From Minisyncoccota bacterium (GTDB lineage Bacteria; Patescibacteriota; Minisyncoccia; Phycocordibacterales; UBA9973): a stretch of DNA of 64,000 nucleotides. Position numbers and translations under genes: made by a program. Below, in pieces: positions 37,637 to 46,835 of this stretch. The stretch is from contig JAGOQI010000001.1 of assembly GCA_017991515.1 (NCBI GenBank), positions 41,641 through 105,640 of the forward strand, read 5' to 3'. Positions within the stretch are counted from its first letter, which is position 1. Every line of letters starts with the position of its first letter. The notes under the pieces are model-generated. The model did no database searches and was not told the DNA's origin. It saw only the letters and a program-made list of their open reading frames with translations.

Positions 37637-38061
37637 AAATAACAAAATTTGAACAATCTGATTTTAATGCTTTAGAAAATTTAAAAATAAAAGCATGGAG
37701 TTCTGCTGATAAAGAACATTATGGAGATAATCAACCAAATTTCTTTAAAGAAACATTCACACTTATTGCAAAAGATGATTATGAGGTTGTAGGATATATA
37801 ACTATTATTTGTGATAGTGGTGTCGCACAAATAGAGCCTCTTATGGTGGATCCTGACAAAAAAGGACAAGGTATTGGATCAGTGCTCCTACAAGAAGCCG
37901 AAAAGATAGCAAAAGAAAAAAGCATTCATAAACTTTGGCTTGAAACAGGCAAAGACTGGAAATCAAAAGATTTTTACATAAAGCATGGATATATTATTCG
38001 AGTAGAACTTCCGAATCATACTGGTAATTACGACTTTGTTTTAATGGATAAGATGATTTAG
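37633..38061 (+). CDS. GNAT N-acetyltransferase
   Basis: Acetyl-CoA-binding motif QGKGIGSVLLQEAEKIAKE; ATGA overlap with previous gene. Confidence 0.7.
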   Translation: MKITKFEQSDFNALENLKIKAWSSADKEHYGDNQPNFFKETFTLIAKDDYEVVGYITIICDSGVAQIEPLMVDPDKKGQGIGSVLLQEAEKIAKEKSIHKLWLETGKDWKSKDFYIKHGYIIRVELPNHTGNYDFVLMDKMI

Positions 38062-38063
38062 TT

Positions 38064-38633
38064 ATGAAAAACGCAATTATAATTCACGGGATGCCGAGCA
38101 AAGAAGAATATTTTGATGCTTCTTTACCAAAACCTTCAAAAGCACATTGGATACCTTGGTTAAAAGGCGAACTTGAACAAAAGGGAATCAAAACAGAAAC
38201 TCCTGAAATGCCAGAGCCTTATGAACCTAAATATGATTTGTGGGTTAGTGAATTTGAAAAATTAAATGTTGATGAAGATACAATCCTAGTAGGGCACTCA
38301 TGTGGTGGGGGATTTTTGCTACGATATTTTTCTGAACATCCAGAACTTAAACCAAAAAAAATAATACTTGTAGCTCCCTGGATAGATCCAGAACCTCGAG
38401 AGCTAGCTACAGGATTTTTTGAATTTGAAATAGATAAAACTCTAACAGATAGAGTAGAGCTTGTTGTATTTTATTCTACAGACGATGATGAAGTATGTAT
38501 TCGCTCTGCAAACATTATTGAACAAACTCTTCCTAATGCTACATATCACAAGTTCACAGACAAAGGACACTTTACCGAAGGCGACCTTGGTACAAAAGAA
38601 TTCCCAGAGTTGTTAGAGGAAGTATTAAATTAA
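38064..38633 (+). CDS. Alpha/beta-hydrolase fold serine hydrolase (YdeN/RBBP9-like)
   Basis: Nucleophile elbow GHSCGG; later Asp and His in appropriate order; 189 aa. Confidence 0.5.
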   Translation: MKNAIIIHGMPSKEEYFDASLPKPSKAHWIPWLKGELEQKGIKTETPEMPEPYEPKYDLWVSEFEKLNVDEDTILVGHSCGGGFLLRYFSEHPELKPKKIILVAPWIDPEPRELATGFFEFEIDKTLTDRVELVVFYSTDDDEVCIRSANIIEQTLPNATYHKFTDKGHFTEGDLGTKEFPELLEEVLN

Positions 38634-39257
38634 ATCTTTTATCTCACTCAAATTCTCAACATGTTTCCAAGCGTGCTCTTTGAGAGGTTCATAGTCACCA
38701 ATTTGGATAGATTTGTTAGTTTTCTTAAATACTTCAATATCGTTCCCACCATCTCCAACCATAATAGTTTCTTTTGGATCTACTCCATGTTCTGCACAAA
38801 CTCTTTCAAAGATACGTAACTTAGCAGGAGCTTCATCTTTATCATTTGCAATATCTTCAAATGTACCGTCGTCACGAAAAACTATTTCAGAGCAAGTGTA
38901 AGACAGATCAATACCCAGACGAGAACGAAAACTCTCTGCTATTTGCTTCATTGTCCCAGATAAAATAATAGTAATATAGCCAGCTTCTTTACAAGCATTT
39001 ACAAGCTCTTGGGTTTCAGGGCGGGGGACTATAGTCTTTACAAATTCTTCTACTTTATCTTTTGTACACTGATTCTTTTCTCGAAGAATTTTTACTATCA
39101 TTTCATCCCACTCGGAGTAGGTAAGTAATCCGCGCTTATACCAATCAAACATAATATTATCTTCAGCTTCAGACATACCAAAAGCTAAGTTAAATAAATA
39201 CCAACTATTTGTCGGTGAAAGAGTTCCGTCTAGGTCAAAAAATATAAGCTTTTTCAT
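38625..39257 (-). CDS. HAD-IB hydrolase (phosphoserine-phosphatase-like)
   Basis: Motif I FFDLDGTL, motif IV VGDGGND. Confidence 0.6.
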   Translation of the reverse strand: MKKLIFFDLDGTLSPTNSWYLFNLAFGMSEAEDNIMFDWYKRGLLTYSEWDEMIVKILREKNQCTKDKVEEFVKTIVPRPETQELVNACKEAGYITIILSGTMKQIAESFRSRLGIDLSYTCSEIVFRDDGTFEDIANDKDEAPAKLRIFERVCAEHGVDPKETIMVGDGGNDIEVFKKTNKSIQIGDYEPLKEHAWKHVENLSEIKDLI

Positions 39258-39295
39258 GGATTTATTTTAGCACATAAGTTATCCCCAGCTTTTTT

Positions 39296-39325
39296 CTTGC
39301 ATGTGAACGATTGTTCACATATAAT
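39296..39325 (+). promoter_or_regulatory. Promoter TTGCAT-N17-TATAAT with embedded SOS box TGAACGATTGTTCA (39304..39317; GAAC-N4-GTTC, Cheo-box type)
   Basis: Read directly; GAAC at 39305-39308 and GTTC at 39313-39316 lie in the spacer of a good -35/-10 pair upstream of the small-ORF/lexA operon. Confidence 0.55.
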
Positions 39326-39356
39326 AAAAACATAGAAGAATAGTAGAAAAAGGCAT

Positions 39357-39548
39357 ATGACAACAACACAATATCAAAAATCATTACAAAGAGAATTAGT
39401 ACAACTAAACCGTCGCATCGATATGATGATCATAAGAGGACAGTCATATGTAGCAGAATCTAGAAAGCACAAAATGCTATTGCGACAACTACGAGCAATG
39501 CAAGGGCAAAGCTTCTTTGGCAGACTAACTAGTTCAATGAGTTTCTAA
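39357..39548 (+). CDS. Small protein (63 aa), SOS-operon member 1
   Basis: MTTTQYQKSLQRELVQLNRRIDMMI…; paralogous to next ORF; first gene after SOS-box promoter. Confidence 0.4.
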   Translation: MTTTQYQKSLQRELVQLNRRIDMMIIRGQSYVAESRKHKMLLRQLRAMQGQSFFGRLTSSMSF

Positions 39549-39549
39549 T

Positions 39550-39741
39550 ATGACAACCAGTCCACAATTTAAAAAAGCTATACTAAGTAACTTAGAGAGA
39601 CTCAACTCTCTACATATACAAATAGATAGAAGTGCTACAATATATGATATGAGTCTTAGAGATTATTCAAAACGAATATATTTGAGAAATCAAAAGTCTC
39701 CGAGCATATTTCGTCATTTCTTCCTACAGAAAGTTTTCTAA
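39550..39741 (+). CDS. Small protein (63 aa), SOS-operon member 2, paralogue of 39357..39548
   Basis: MTTSPQFKKAILSNLERLNSLHIQI…; same length, same MTT start, alignable pattern; 1-nt gap from previous ORF. Confidence 0.4.
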   Translation: MTTSPQFKKAILSNLERLNSLHIQIDRSATIYDMSLRDYSKRIYLRNQKSPSIFRHFFLQKVF

Positions 39742-39746
39742 TATTT

Positions 39747-40316
39747 ATGAATAGCAACGAACCAACAGAACAATTAAAATCTTTTTATCATTCCGAAAAG
39801 CGTATGCCAAGCTACAGTGAAATGATGGATATGTTTGGCTTCAAATCTAAAAATGCTGTTTATAGATTGGTTCAGAAAATGCTAGACGCTGGCATTGTCG
39901 CCAAAGATCATTTGGGACGACTTTTGCCAACCTCACTTTTCAATGACATACCAGTTGGTGGACTTGTTAAAGCAGGCTTACCATCATCAGTAGACGCTCA
40001 GAGTGAGTCTATTAACCTCAATGATTTATTGATAAGTAAAAAGAGGGAGACTTATATACTAGAAGTAGAAGGACTCTCTATGATAGAAGCTCATATAGAA
40101 CCAGGGGACATGGTAATAGTCGAAAAGACTAATACTGCCAAAGAAGGTGAGATAGTGATAGCTATGGTAGACGGGGAGCATACTATGAAATATTTCCGTA
40201 AAGACAAGTCTGGCAAAGTATATCTAGAACCAGCAAATAAAAGTTTCAAGAATATTTATCCTGAAGAGTCTTTGGAAATAACTGGAGTAGTGAAAGGGGT
40301 AGTTAGAAAGTATTAA
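39747..40316 (+). CDS. lexA: LexA repressor (S24 peptidase)
   Basis: N-terminal wHTH; C-terminal S24 domain with LEVEGLSMIEAHIEPGDMVIVEK (catalytic Ser) and downstream Lys region. Confidence 0.8.
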   Translation: MNSNEPTEQLKSFYHSEKRMPSYSEMMDMFGFKSKNAVYRLVQKMLDAGIVAKDHLGRLLPTSLFNDIPVGGLVKAGLPSSVDAQSESINLNDLLISKKRETYILEVEGLSMIEAHIEPGDMVIVEKTNTAKEGEIVIAMVDGEHTMKYFRKDKSGKVYLEPANKSFKNIYPEESLEITGVVKGVVRKY

Positions 40317-40529
40317 AAAAAGCCCTTAAAGGACTCTTTTGTTTAACATTTTCTTTTTTTTGTTCAGATTCTTTTCGAGCATTTTCTGCTCTAGGCTTTT
40401 CAATGATAATCCAAATTACTAGGATTATCATTGTGGTATAAAAAAATATGTTAAATTGAAGACTATCTCCACTATCTTTTTTCATAAGCTTTTTCTTTTA
40501 GAATACTACTATATAAATATTTGTCAATA

Positions 40530-41384
40530 CTATATTTCTGAAAGAATAGGGGACAAAACGGCGCTAATATCTTCATTAGTTATAGTCATGATATAAGGAT
40601 CCTCAGCAAGCTTTTTCCACGGAGCTACGCTGTCATAACCATATTTACCAAATATAAGAACTGGCGTACCTTCTTCTAGTACTTCATCTTGGTCTGAAAG
40701 CTTCCACTGGTCTACCCAATCATAAAACCATTTGGCGTCTGAGGCAGATAGCCTAACACACGAGTGTGAAGCTGGGTAGCCAGGTAATTCGTACTCATGA
40801 ATACCAATACCGTTAAAATTATCAACATTTACATTCCATTTGAGTATCCATTCATCATTTGAAGTACTTATGACTTCTTTACCTTTCCAGTTAGAATGAA
40901 AAAGCTTGCTCATAGTTGGAGTTGATTTCTTGCCGGTACTTATCCCACCAAAACGAACAAGTGCGCCGTACTCATAAGCCCCAAATTCTTGAATTTCCTG
41001 AGAGATAAGCATCATTTTAGGCACTTCTTTAAGTTCTGGAATATTTCTAGGAAAAGAAGACAGTGAGAATAGGTCATCATATCTATCTGGATAAACAAAG
41101 GTCATACCTTTTTGAAAATGTTTCTGGTCTATTCTATTTAGAGACAAAACAGCGTCTAAATTTTCAAATCCGATTAATTCTGTAGCTTCTTTGGCAGGAT
41201 TTTCTGAATCAAGAACAACAGATGAGTACTTAACTGGTTTTATTTCAGGTTTAATAACTTCATGGACTATATCAGGAATTACAGGGATACTGCCTACTTT
41301 TGAACCACTATTCTTATTGAGAATAAAAATAACACCAATGACTACTACCAACGAAACAGCAATATTTATGTATATTTTTTTCAT
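40530..41384 (-). CDS. L,D-transpeptidase (YkuD-domain) with N-terminal membrane anchor
   Basis: Catalytic motif HEYELPGYPASHSCVRLS (His…Cys) typical of YkuD L,D-transpeptidases. Confidence 0.6.
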   Translation of the reverse strand: MKKIYINIAVSLVVVIGVIFILNKNSGSKVGSIPVIPDIVHEVIKPEIKPVKYSSVVLDSENPAKEATELIGFENLDAVLSLNRIDQKHFQKGMTFVYPDRYDDLFSLSSFPRNIPELKEVPKMMLISQEIQEFGAYEYGALVRFGGISTGKKSTPTMSKLFHSNWKGKEVISTSNDEWILKWNVNVDNFNGIGIHEYELPGYPASHSCVRLSASDAKWFYDWVDQWKLSDQDEVLEEGTPVLIFGKYGYDSVAPWKKLAEDPYIMTITNEDISAVLSPILSEI

Positions 41385-41431
41385 GTTTATATCTATATTA
41401 TATATGAAACTGATGCGCTATAATAGATTAT

Positions 41432-42187
41432 ATGAAATTAATCACACTTAATACCTGGGCGGGAAGAGTAAAAGAGCCTTTTGAAGCATTTTTGAAATCA
41501 CATGCTCCATTTACTGATATTTTCTGTTTTCAGGAAATATACAATGACCTCGATGAATCTTTAGAAACAAATATTGATGAGGAAAATCGTAACATGCATA
41601 TATTAAAAGAAATTACTGAAGTGCTTCCTGATTTTGATGTTTATTTTTGTCCTGTAATTGAAAATGTATATGGTATAGCTATATTTCTTAAAAAGGAATT
41701 TGAAGTTGTAGCCAGCGGAGAAATTATGCTCTATGAAAACCCGAACTTTACTTCTTTTGAAGATACTGAAGATCACGACAGGAAAATGCAATGGGTTCAT
41801 ATCAAAAAAGATAGAAAGGATGTAATTATTATGAATGTTCACGGACATTGGGATGCTGTAGATAAAAAGATAGATACTCCAAATAGGATTGAACAATCTC
41901 AAGCTATTATTGATTTTATTGTAAAAACAGGATCTATACCTAAAATCCTAGTAGGAGACTTCAATTTACTTCCTGAGACAGAAAGTATAAAAATGATAGA
42001 ACAAAACTTCATAAACCTTATTACTAAATACAACATTCCATCAACTCGTACAGAACTGTATAAAGGGGATCTTAAACACGCCGATTATGCTTTTGTTTCG
42101 AATGAAATATTGGTTGAGAAATTTGAGGCCTTGCCCGATGTTGTCTCTGACCATGTACCACTATCACTATCATTTGATGTATTTTAG
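41432..42187 (+). CDS. Endonuclease/exonuclease/phosphatase (EEP) family protein
   Basis: N-terminal LNTWAG…FCFQEI and C-terminal SDHVPLSLSF motifs. Confidence 0.6.
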   Translation: MKLITLNTWAGRVKEPFEAFLKSHAPFTDIFCFQEIYNDLDESLETNIDEENRNMHILKEITEVLPDFDVYFCPVIENVYGIAIFLKKEFEVVASGEIMLYENPNFTSFEDTEDHDRKMQWVHIKKDRKDVIIMNVHGHWDAVDKKIDTPNRIEQSQAIIDFIVKTGSIPKILVGDFNLLPETESIKMIEQNFINLITKYNIPSTRTELYKGDLKHADYAFVSNEILVEKFEALPDVVSDHVPLSLSFDVF

Positions 42188-42280
42188 GCAAAAAGTCTAA
42201 AATTTGACAAATATTATAATATATTGTCTTTTGAAGAGTAAGTGAGCAATATATTTTTTTTGCAGTAGTATATTGATTAT

Positions 42281-42826
42281 ATGAACAACATCACCAACAG
42301 AACCTTGCTGACAGCCATGATTATTATCGGGGCTATTATAGCTATTATGATAGTGCCTCTATACCCGAACAAAGTAGGTGTTTTAAATACTAGAAACCTA
42401 GGTGCTACAGCCTATATAGATAATAACGACTATGCATATACAGGAGGAGCTTACTTAAATACAAACTATCCAGTAACAGCCTTCCGAACAAGTGCTACAG
42501 ACACAATTACAACAACTCAAGTTGTACCCCAGACTACAAGCTACACAACTTATACTTATTCATACCCAGAAACAACAACTCAAAATTATCCTTATGGAAA
42601 TGATGGTATATCTGTATACGACTCATACGGATGTAAAGCTGGTGCTAACTATAGCGTAACAACAGGACAACCTTGTTATGGCTACAACAATAACAATAAC
42701 TACAATCCTTACAACTATAATTACAACAATAACAATGGCGGATACTATAGTAATGGAGTTTATGTAGATTATCGTGGTTGTGGTACAGGCATCATCTACA
42801 GCGTGACAACAGGTCAGCGTTGTTAA
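42281..42826 (+). CDS. Secreted Asn/Tyr/Thr-rich protein with two copies of a Cys-bracketed motif (GC-x2-G-x3-YSVTTGQ-x-C)
   Basis: N-terminal TM/signal helix; internal repeats DSYGCKAGANYSVTTGQPC and YRGCGTGIIYSVTTGQRC; low-complexity NYN tracts. Confidence 0.45.
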   Translation: MNNITNRTLLTAMIIIGAIIAIMIVPLYPNKVGVLNTRNLGATAYIDNNDYAYTGGAYLNTNYPVTAFRTSATDTITTTQVVPQTTSYTTYTYSYPETTTQNYPYGNDGISVYDSYGCKAGANYSVTTGQPCYGYNNNNNYNPYNYNYNNNNGGYYSNGVYVDYRGCGTGIIYSVTTGQRC

Positions 42827-42835
42827 AAAATAAAA

Positions 42836-42860
42836 CCCTCCTGAGAACAGGAGGGTTTTT
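42836..42860 (+). terminator. Rho-independent terminator (CCCTCCTG-agaa-CAGGAGGG + T5)
   Basis: 8-bp perfect stem and T-run. Confidence 0.65.
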
Positions 42861-43240
42861 GGTCGAATACTCTTTGACCTCTAAAGGACTGACCTTAAGA
42901 ATACCAAATAAATATAAATTAGCAAATAAAAATTAATATATCTTATATTAGGTCAAATTTTATAAAAATTAGCAGGGAAGTGGTAAAAGTGGGTTTTTGG
43001 GGTTGGATCAATATATGACCTTTTTTGTATAAATAATATATCCTTCTAGAAAATTATTTATAAATATTTTGACTTCAATGTATAAGAAAGTTGATATATG
43101 TATCAAGTCTCAAAAATTCAAAATAAGCCCTAGAAGTGTATGGTTATGATATGGGCCTTATTTACTCAGTATGAGTTACCGTAAAGATATATTGTGCGAC
43201 ACTATTACAATTTATAAGCACCACTCCCCGAATGGACAAA

Positions 43241-44047
43241 CTACTGAAATGTGGCAATGCATCTATTGAACTCTTTCACTTGAGAATTGTAATTATTAAT
43301 TTTTTGTTTTGATACTTGAAGTTTACTATTATAGTCATCAACATTTTTATTAAACAGTTTTATATTTTCAGAATAGTTTGGACTAGATGATGCGCCTGGT
43401 GCTTCAAGTGCTCTTTTTAAAATATTTATAGTACTCTCCTCCCCTTTAAGCTCGTTATTTGTAACATCTATATCTGTCTTTAATGATTGGTCTATACTTG
43501 GGCAAACAGATCTATTGGTACCAAAATGCTGAACAGCGAACCAAACTTCATCGCCTTTATATAAAGCTCTCTTTACTGAGACACCTATATCTTGATAATT
43601 TTTATTTAAAATATTAGCTCTATGTCCAGGGCTATCCATCCAAGCTTGTACTATTTCTGCAGAATTAGAAAATGTCCCTAATGCCAAGTTCTCTCCCATA
43701 ACAACATAGTCATACCCAACCTTGGTACCCAAATCAGAAACACTGTCACCGTTTGGAGATTGATGTTCAAAATATTGCAAAGCTATCATGTCGTCAACTT
43801 TTAAATCGGCAGAATCACTTAGTAAATTGTTCGTAGATAATGGTGGGAGTCCAGCTAAAACTCTTTCTTTGTTTGTAAGCTCTATAATATCTACAATATT
43901 TATTTTTAGTTCCGCAGCTTGCTTAATAGAGACTTTGCTAGAGAGAATACTACGAGGACCATCTATCCCTTTGATTTTGTTTGCGGTAATCCACAATAGC
44001 GGAACTCCTACAAAAAATATTAAAATGAGTAAAATTCTTTTTAGCAT
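43241..44047 (-). CDS. Secreted CAP/SCP/PR-1-like domain protein with C-terminal coiled-coil
   Basis: Signal/TM N-terminus; CAP signature region …AWMDSPGHRANILNKNYQDIGVSV…VWFAVQHFG. Confidence 0.55.
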   Translation of the reverse strand: MLKRILLILIFFVGVPLLWITANKIKGIDGPRSILSSKVSIKQAAELKINIVDIIELTNKERVLAGLPPLSTNNLLSDSADLKVDDMIALQYFEHQSPNGDSVSDLGTKVGYDYVVMGENLALGTFSNSAEIVQAWMDSPGHRANILNKNYQDIGVSVKRALYKGDEVWFAVQHFGTNRSVCPSIDQSLKTDIDVTNNELKGEESTINILKRALEAPGASSSPNYSENIKLFNKNVDDYNSKLQVSKQKINNYNSQVKEFNRCIATFQ

Positions 44048-44442
44048 GATCCTTTACTATACCCTTGTAGAGTAGCATCTTCTACACTTTGAAACCAAAT
44101 ATAATTTTCTGGTTTTATCCGACTTGTACCAGAACAGCCTGGAGTGTAGTACTTAGTACCATTTTTTGAACCGACAAACATTCCCCTAACTTGATCAGAA
44201 CTCGATACCTCTACAGTAGCTGGTGTATCCAAATTATCTTCTTCAGGTATTTTTTTTTCTTCCATTACAAAAGAGATTTTTTGTTTATCTAAAACAGTAT
44301 TTGGGCAAGAAAAAGTTATACTTTCAGACTCTGATATGTTTCCTCTTCCCTCTTGAAAGCCTAGATAAAAAGAAAGACCTATTGTAATTACTAAAAATAA
44401 TAGGAAAAGTAGTGAATAATATTTTTTAACAAATACTTCCAT
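44041..44442 (-). CDS. Membrane-anchored protein with Ada-like zinc-binding-domain-like C-terminus
   Basis: C-terminal YYTPGCSGTSRIKPENYIWFQSVEDATLQGYSKGSC resembles the Ada N-terminal metal-binding pattern (YHxPxCx5KPENxxxFxSxExAxxxGYxPC); overlaps CAP gene by 7 nt (operon). Confidence 0.3.
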   Translation of the reverse strand: MEVFVKKYYSLLFLLFLVITIGLSFYLGFQEGRGNISESESITFSCPNTVLDKQKISFVMEEKKIPEEDNLDTPATVEVSSSDQVRGMFVGSKNGTKYYTPGCSGTSRIKPENYIWFQSVEDATLQGYSKGSC

Positions 44443-44606
44443 AATAGCTAAATTATACCTGAAAAAGCTTAAATTGTAGCTAAAAAGCCTTAAAATAAGC
44501 CTAAAATTGACAAAAAACTCCCCTATTGAGAAATATCCTTATTTTATTGACATAAATGCTTATTCGCGATATATTATGTGTCTAATTAATATTATTTCTT
44601 AAGAAT

Positions 44607-44885
44607 ATGGCACATAAAAAGCAAGGAGCGGCATCGAAAAACTTAAAAGATTCAAATCCACAATATCTTGGTACTAAGATATATGATGGTGGTCATGCTA
44701 CAGCAGGTGCTATTATTGTGCGCCAAAGAGGGACAAAAATCATGGCGGGTGCTAATGTAGGCGTTGGGAAAGACCATACTTTATTTGCTCTTAAAGAAGG
44801 AGTAGTAAAATTTTCAAATAAAAGAAAACTAAACTTCGATGGTACTACTAGTACTAGAAAAGCTGCAAATATAATAATCGCATAG
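44607..44885 (+). CDS. rpmA: 50S ribosomal protein L27
   Basis: [22 protein letters not shown]…. Confidence 0.9.
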   Translation: MAHKKQGAASKNLKDSNPQYLGTKIYDGGHATAGAIIVRQRGTKIMAGANVGVGKDHTLFALKEGVVKFSNKRKLNFDGTTSTRKAANIIIA

Positions 44886-44893
44886 TAAATAAA

Positions 44894-44925
44894 AACCCTT
44901 ACAAAAGTAAGGGTTTTTATTTACT
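44894..44925. terminator. Bidirectional terminator (AACCCTTAC-aaaa-GTAAGGGTT) shared by rpmA (+) and rplI (-)
   Basis: 9-bp perfect stem with A-run and T-run on either side. Confidence 0.65.
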
Positions 44926-45361
44926 CTTTTATAACACTGATAGAAATACTTTTTTGATATTCCCCTTCTTTAATTAAAACTTCATAAGTTCCTATGTTTT
45001 TTATAGGGCTCTCTAGTATTATATTTTTTGTAGAAATACTTATACGGTGTTCAAGTAAAGATTCAACTATATTAGTTTCGTCTATTTTAGAAAAAAGATG
45101 CCCTTGTTCGTTAGCCTTAGCTTTTATTTCCAAAGTAGTGTCCGGCAAAGTATTGATAGCTTTTTCAAGAAGTTCGTGTTGTAAAGCCTTTGAATCAGCC
45201 TCAGATTTATTTTTACGATTTAAAGACTCTAAGTTTTTTACTGTTGCAGGTATAGCGAGCTTGTTCGGAAAAAGAGCATTAGCCGCATATCCATCACTAA
45301 CACTGACAATATCTCCTTTCTTCCCTACCTTTGGTACTGATTTTGTTAAAATTACTTTCAT
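44921..45361 (-). CDS. rplI: 50S ribosomal protein L9
   Basis: MKVILTKSVPKVGKKGDIVSVSDGYAANALFP…. Confidence 0.85.
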   Translation of the reverse strand: MKVILTKSVPKVGKKGDIVSVSDGYAANALFPNKLAIPATVKNLESLNRKNKSEADSKALQHELLEKAINTLPDTTLEIKAKANEQGHLFSKIDETNIVESLLEHRISISTKNIILESPIKNIGTYEVLIKEGEYQKSISISVIKE

Positions 45362-45362
45362 A

Positions 45363-46595
45363 TTACTTGAAAAAATTTATCGCATCTTCTAATTGTTGAT
45401 CTTTAATATTGTCTTTATTTGGTTCAAGTTTAATATCTGGAGTTAATCCACTGTCTGAAATAGAAACACCATTTGGTGTATACCACTTTGCAATAGTTAT
45501 TTTAATAGAAGTGTCATTTGTAAGCTTCATCAACTCTTGAACAGAACCTTTACCAAATGTTTGAGTCCCCATAAGTGTTGCTACTCCATGTTCACTCAAT
45601 GCTCCAGCCAAAATCTCTGAGGCAGAGGCTGAGCCTTTATTAACAAGTACTACCATTTGTATTTTATCTTTGAAAATTCCTGGTCCTCTACTCTTATGTA
45701 GTATTATATCTTTGTCTGTTTTACCTATTTCTTTAACTACTACCTTACCATCAGGCAAGAACCAGCCAGCCATAGAAACTGCTGCTTCGAGATATCCTCC
45801 TGGGTTATTACGCAAATCAAGAACTAGTTTGGTATAGCCAGAGTTTGCAAATTCATTTAATGCACCGCGGAATAATTCTGGAGACTGAGCAGAGAAACTA
45901 TAAAGCTTTATAACAAAGACACCTTTTTCTGGATGCTTTTCTGTATCTATTGTTGGTATAGCTATTTTTGCTCTAACTATTTCTATATCTTTTATTTGCA
46001 ACAATCCTTCCCGAACAATAGAAAGCGTCACAGTTGTTCCTGGTTCTCCTCTGATAAGAGTAACTGCTTTATCAACACTGATATCTGCACTTTCTACACC
46101 ATCTATTTTGACTATTTTATCTCCAGATAAAATACCTGCTTTAAAAGCTGGAGTGTCTTTCAACGGGGCAACTACGGTGAGTATCCCGTCTTTTTGTCCC
46201 ATTTCCATACCAACTCCACCAAACTCACCTGAAATTTCACTTTCAAACAACTTGCTTTCTTCAGGTGTAAAAAAAGTAATATAAGGATCTCCAAATGAAG
46301 CTAACATCCCTTTTATAGCACCGTAAACATGCTCTTGATTGTCTGTCTTGTTAGCATCAGGGTATTTTTCTTTTACCAATTGCCAAGCTTTCCAAAAAGG
46401 CTCAAAGTCTGTGTTAACAGCTATTTCTTCTGGAACTTCTTTATTTACTACTCCTACTATCTTCTGAGAAGCTGGTCTATTTTCGAAGCCGATATAAATA
46501 CCAAACAAAAAAATACCTATTATACATAGTAGACCTATAAATACCTGAAAGCCCTTTTTTATATGATGTGTTTCGTTTTGCATAGACTTATCCAA
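45363..46595 (-). CDS. ctpA: C-terminal processing peptidase (S41, CtpA/Prc-like) with PDZ domain
   Basis: N-terminal TM helix, PDZ region, S41 motif GTQTFGKGSVQ. Confidence 0.8.
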   Translation of the reverse strand: MDKSMQNETHHIKKGFQVFIGLLCIIGIFLFGIYIGFENRPASQKIVGVVNKEVPEEIAVNTDFEPFWKAWQLVKEKYPDANKTDNQEHVYGAIKGMLASFGDPYITFFTPEESKLFESEISGEFGGVGMEMGQKDGILTVVAPLKDTPAFKAGILSGDKIVKIDGVESADISVDKAVTLIRGEPGTTVTLSIVREGLLQIKDIEIVRAKIAIPTIDTEKHPEKGVFVIKLYSFSAQSPELFRGALNEFANSGYTKLVLDLRNNPGGYLEAAVSMAGWFLPDGKVVVKEIGKTDKDIILHKSRGPGIFKDKIQMVVLVNKGSASASEILAGALSEHGVATLMGTQTFGKGSVQELMKLTNDTSIKITIAKWYTPNGVSISDSGLTPDIKLEPNKDNIKDQQLEDAINFFK

Positions 46596-46797
46596 TCATT
46601 GTTCCTTGCTGACCTTCTATTCTTTTGAGCTTCAACCTAAGTGTTTTAACACCTCTCTTTATACCAAATGCTAAAAAAACTATACTTATTCCTAGTATAA
46701 AAATTATCATATTTTTTATACTTCTTGGAAAATTTAAAACTGGAACTAGTGCAGTTATAACACCTACTAATAATAGCAATTTGATTTTACTGTTCAT
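46588..46797 (-). CDS. Small membrane protein (69 aa)
   Basis: Two hydrophobic helices; 8-nt overlap with ctpA start suggests co-transcription; weak. Confidence 0.3.
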   Translation of the reverse strand: MNSKIKLLLLVGVITALVPVLNFPRSIKNMIIFILGISIVFLAFGIKRGVKTLRLKLKRIEGQQGTMIG

Positions 46798-46835
46798 GAA
46801 TACTATTGTAACAAAATCTTAGCCAAGGTGGTAGT

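Noticed and set aside
40303-40485. 60-aa minus-strand ORF downstream of the L,D-transpeptidase
   Set aside because: It has one hydrophobic helix and could be real. It overlaps the 3' end of lexA on the opposite strand by 14 nt and has no clear start context; too weak to call.
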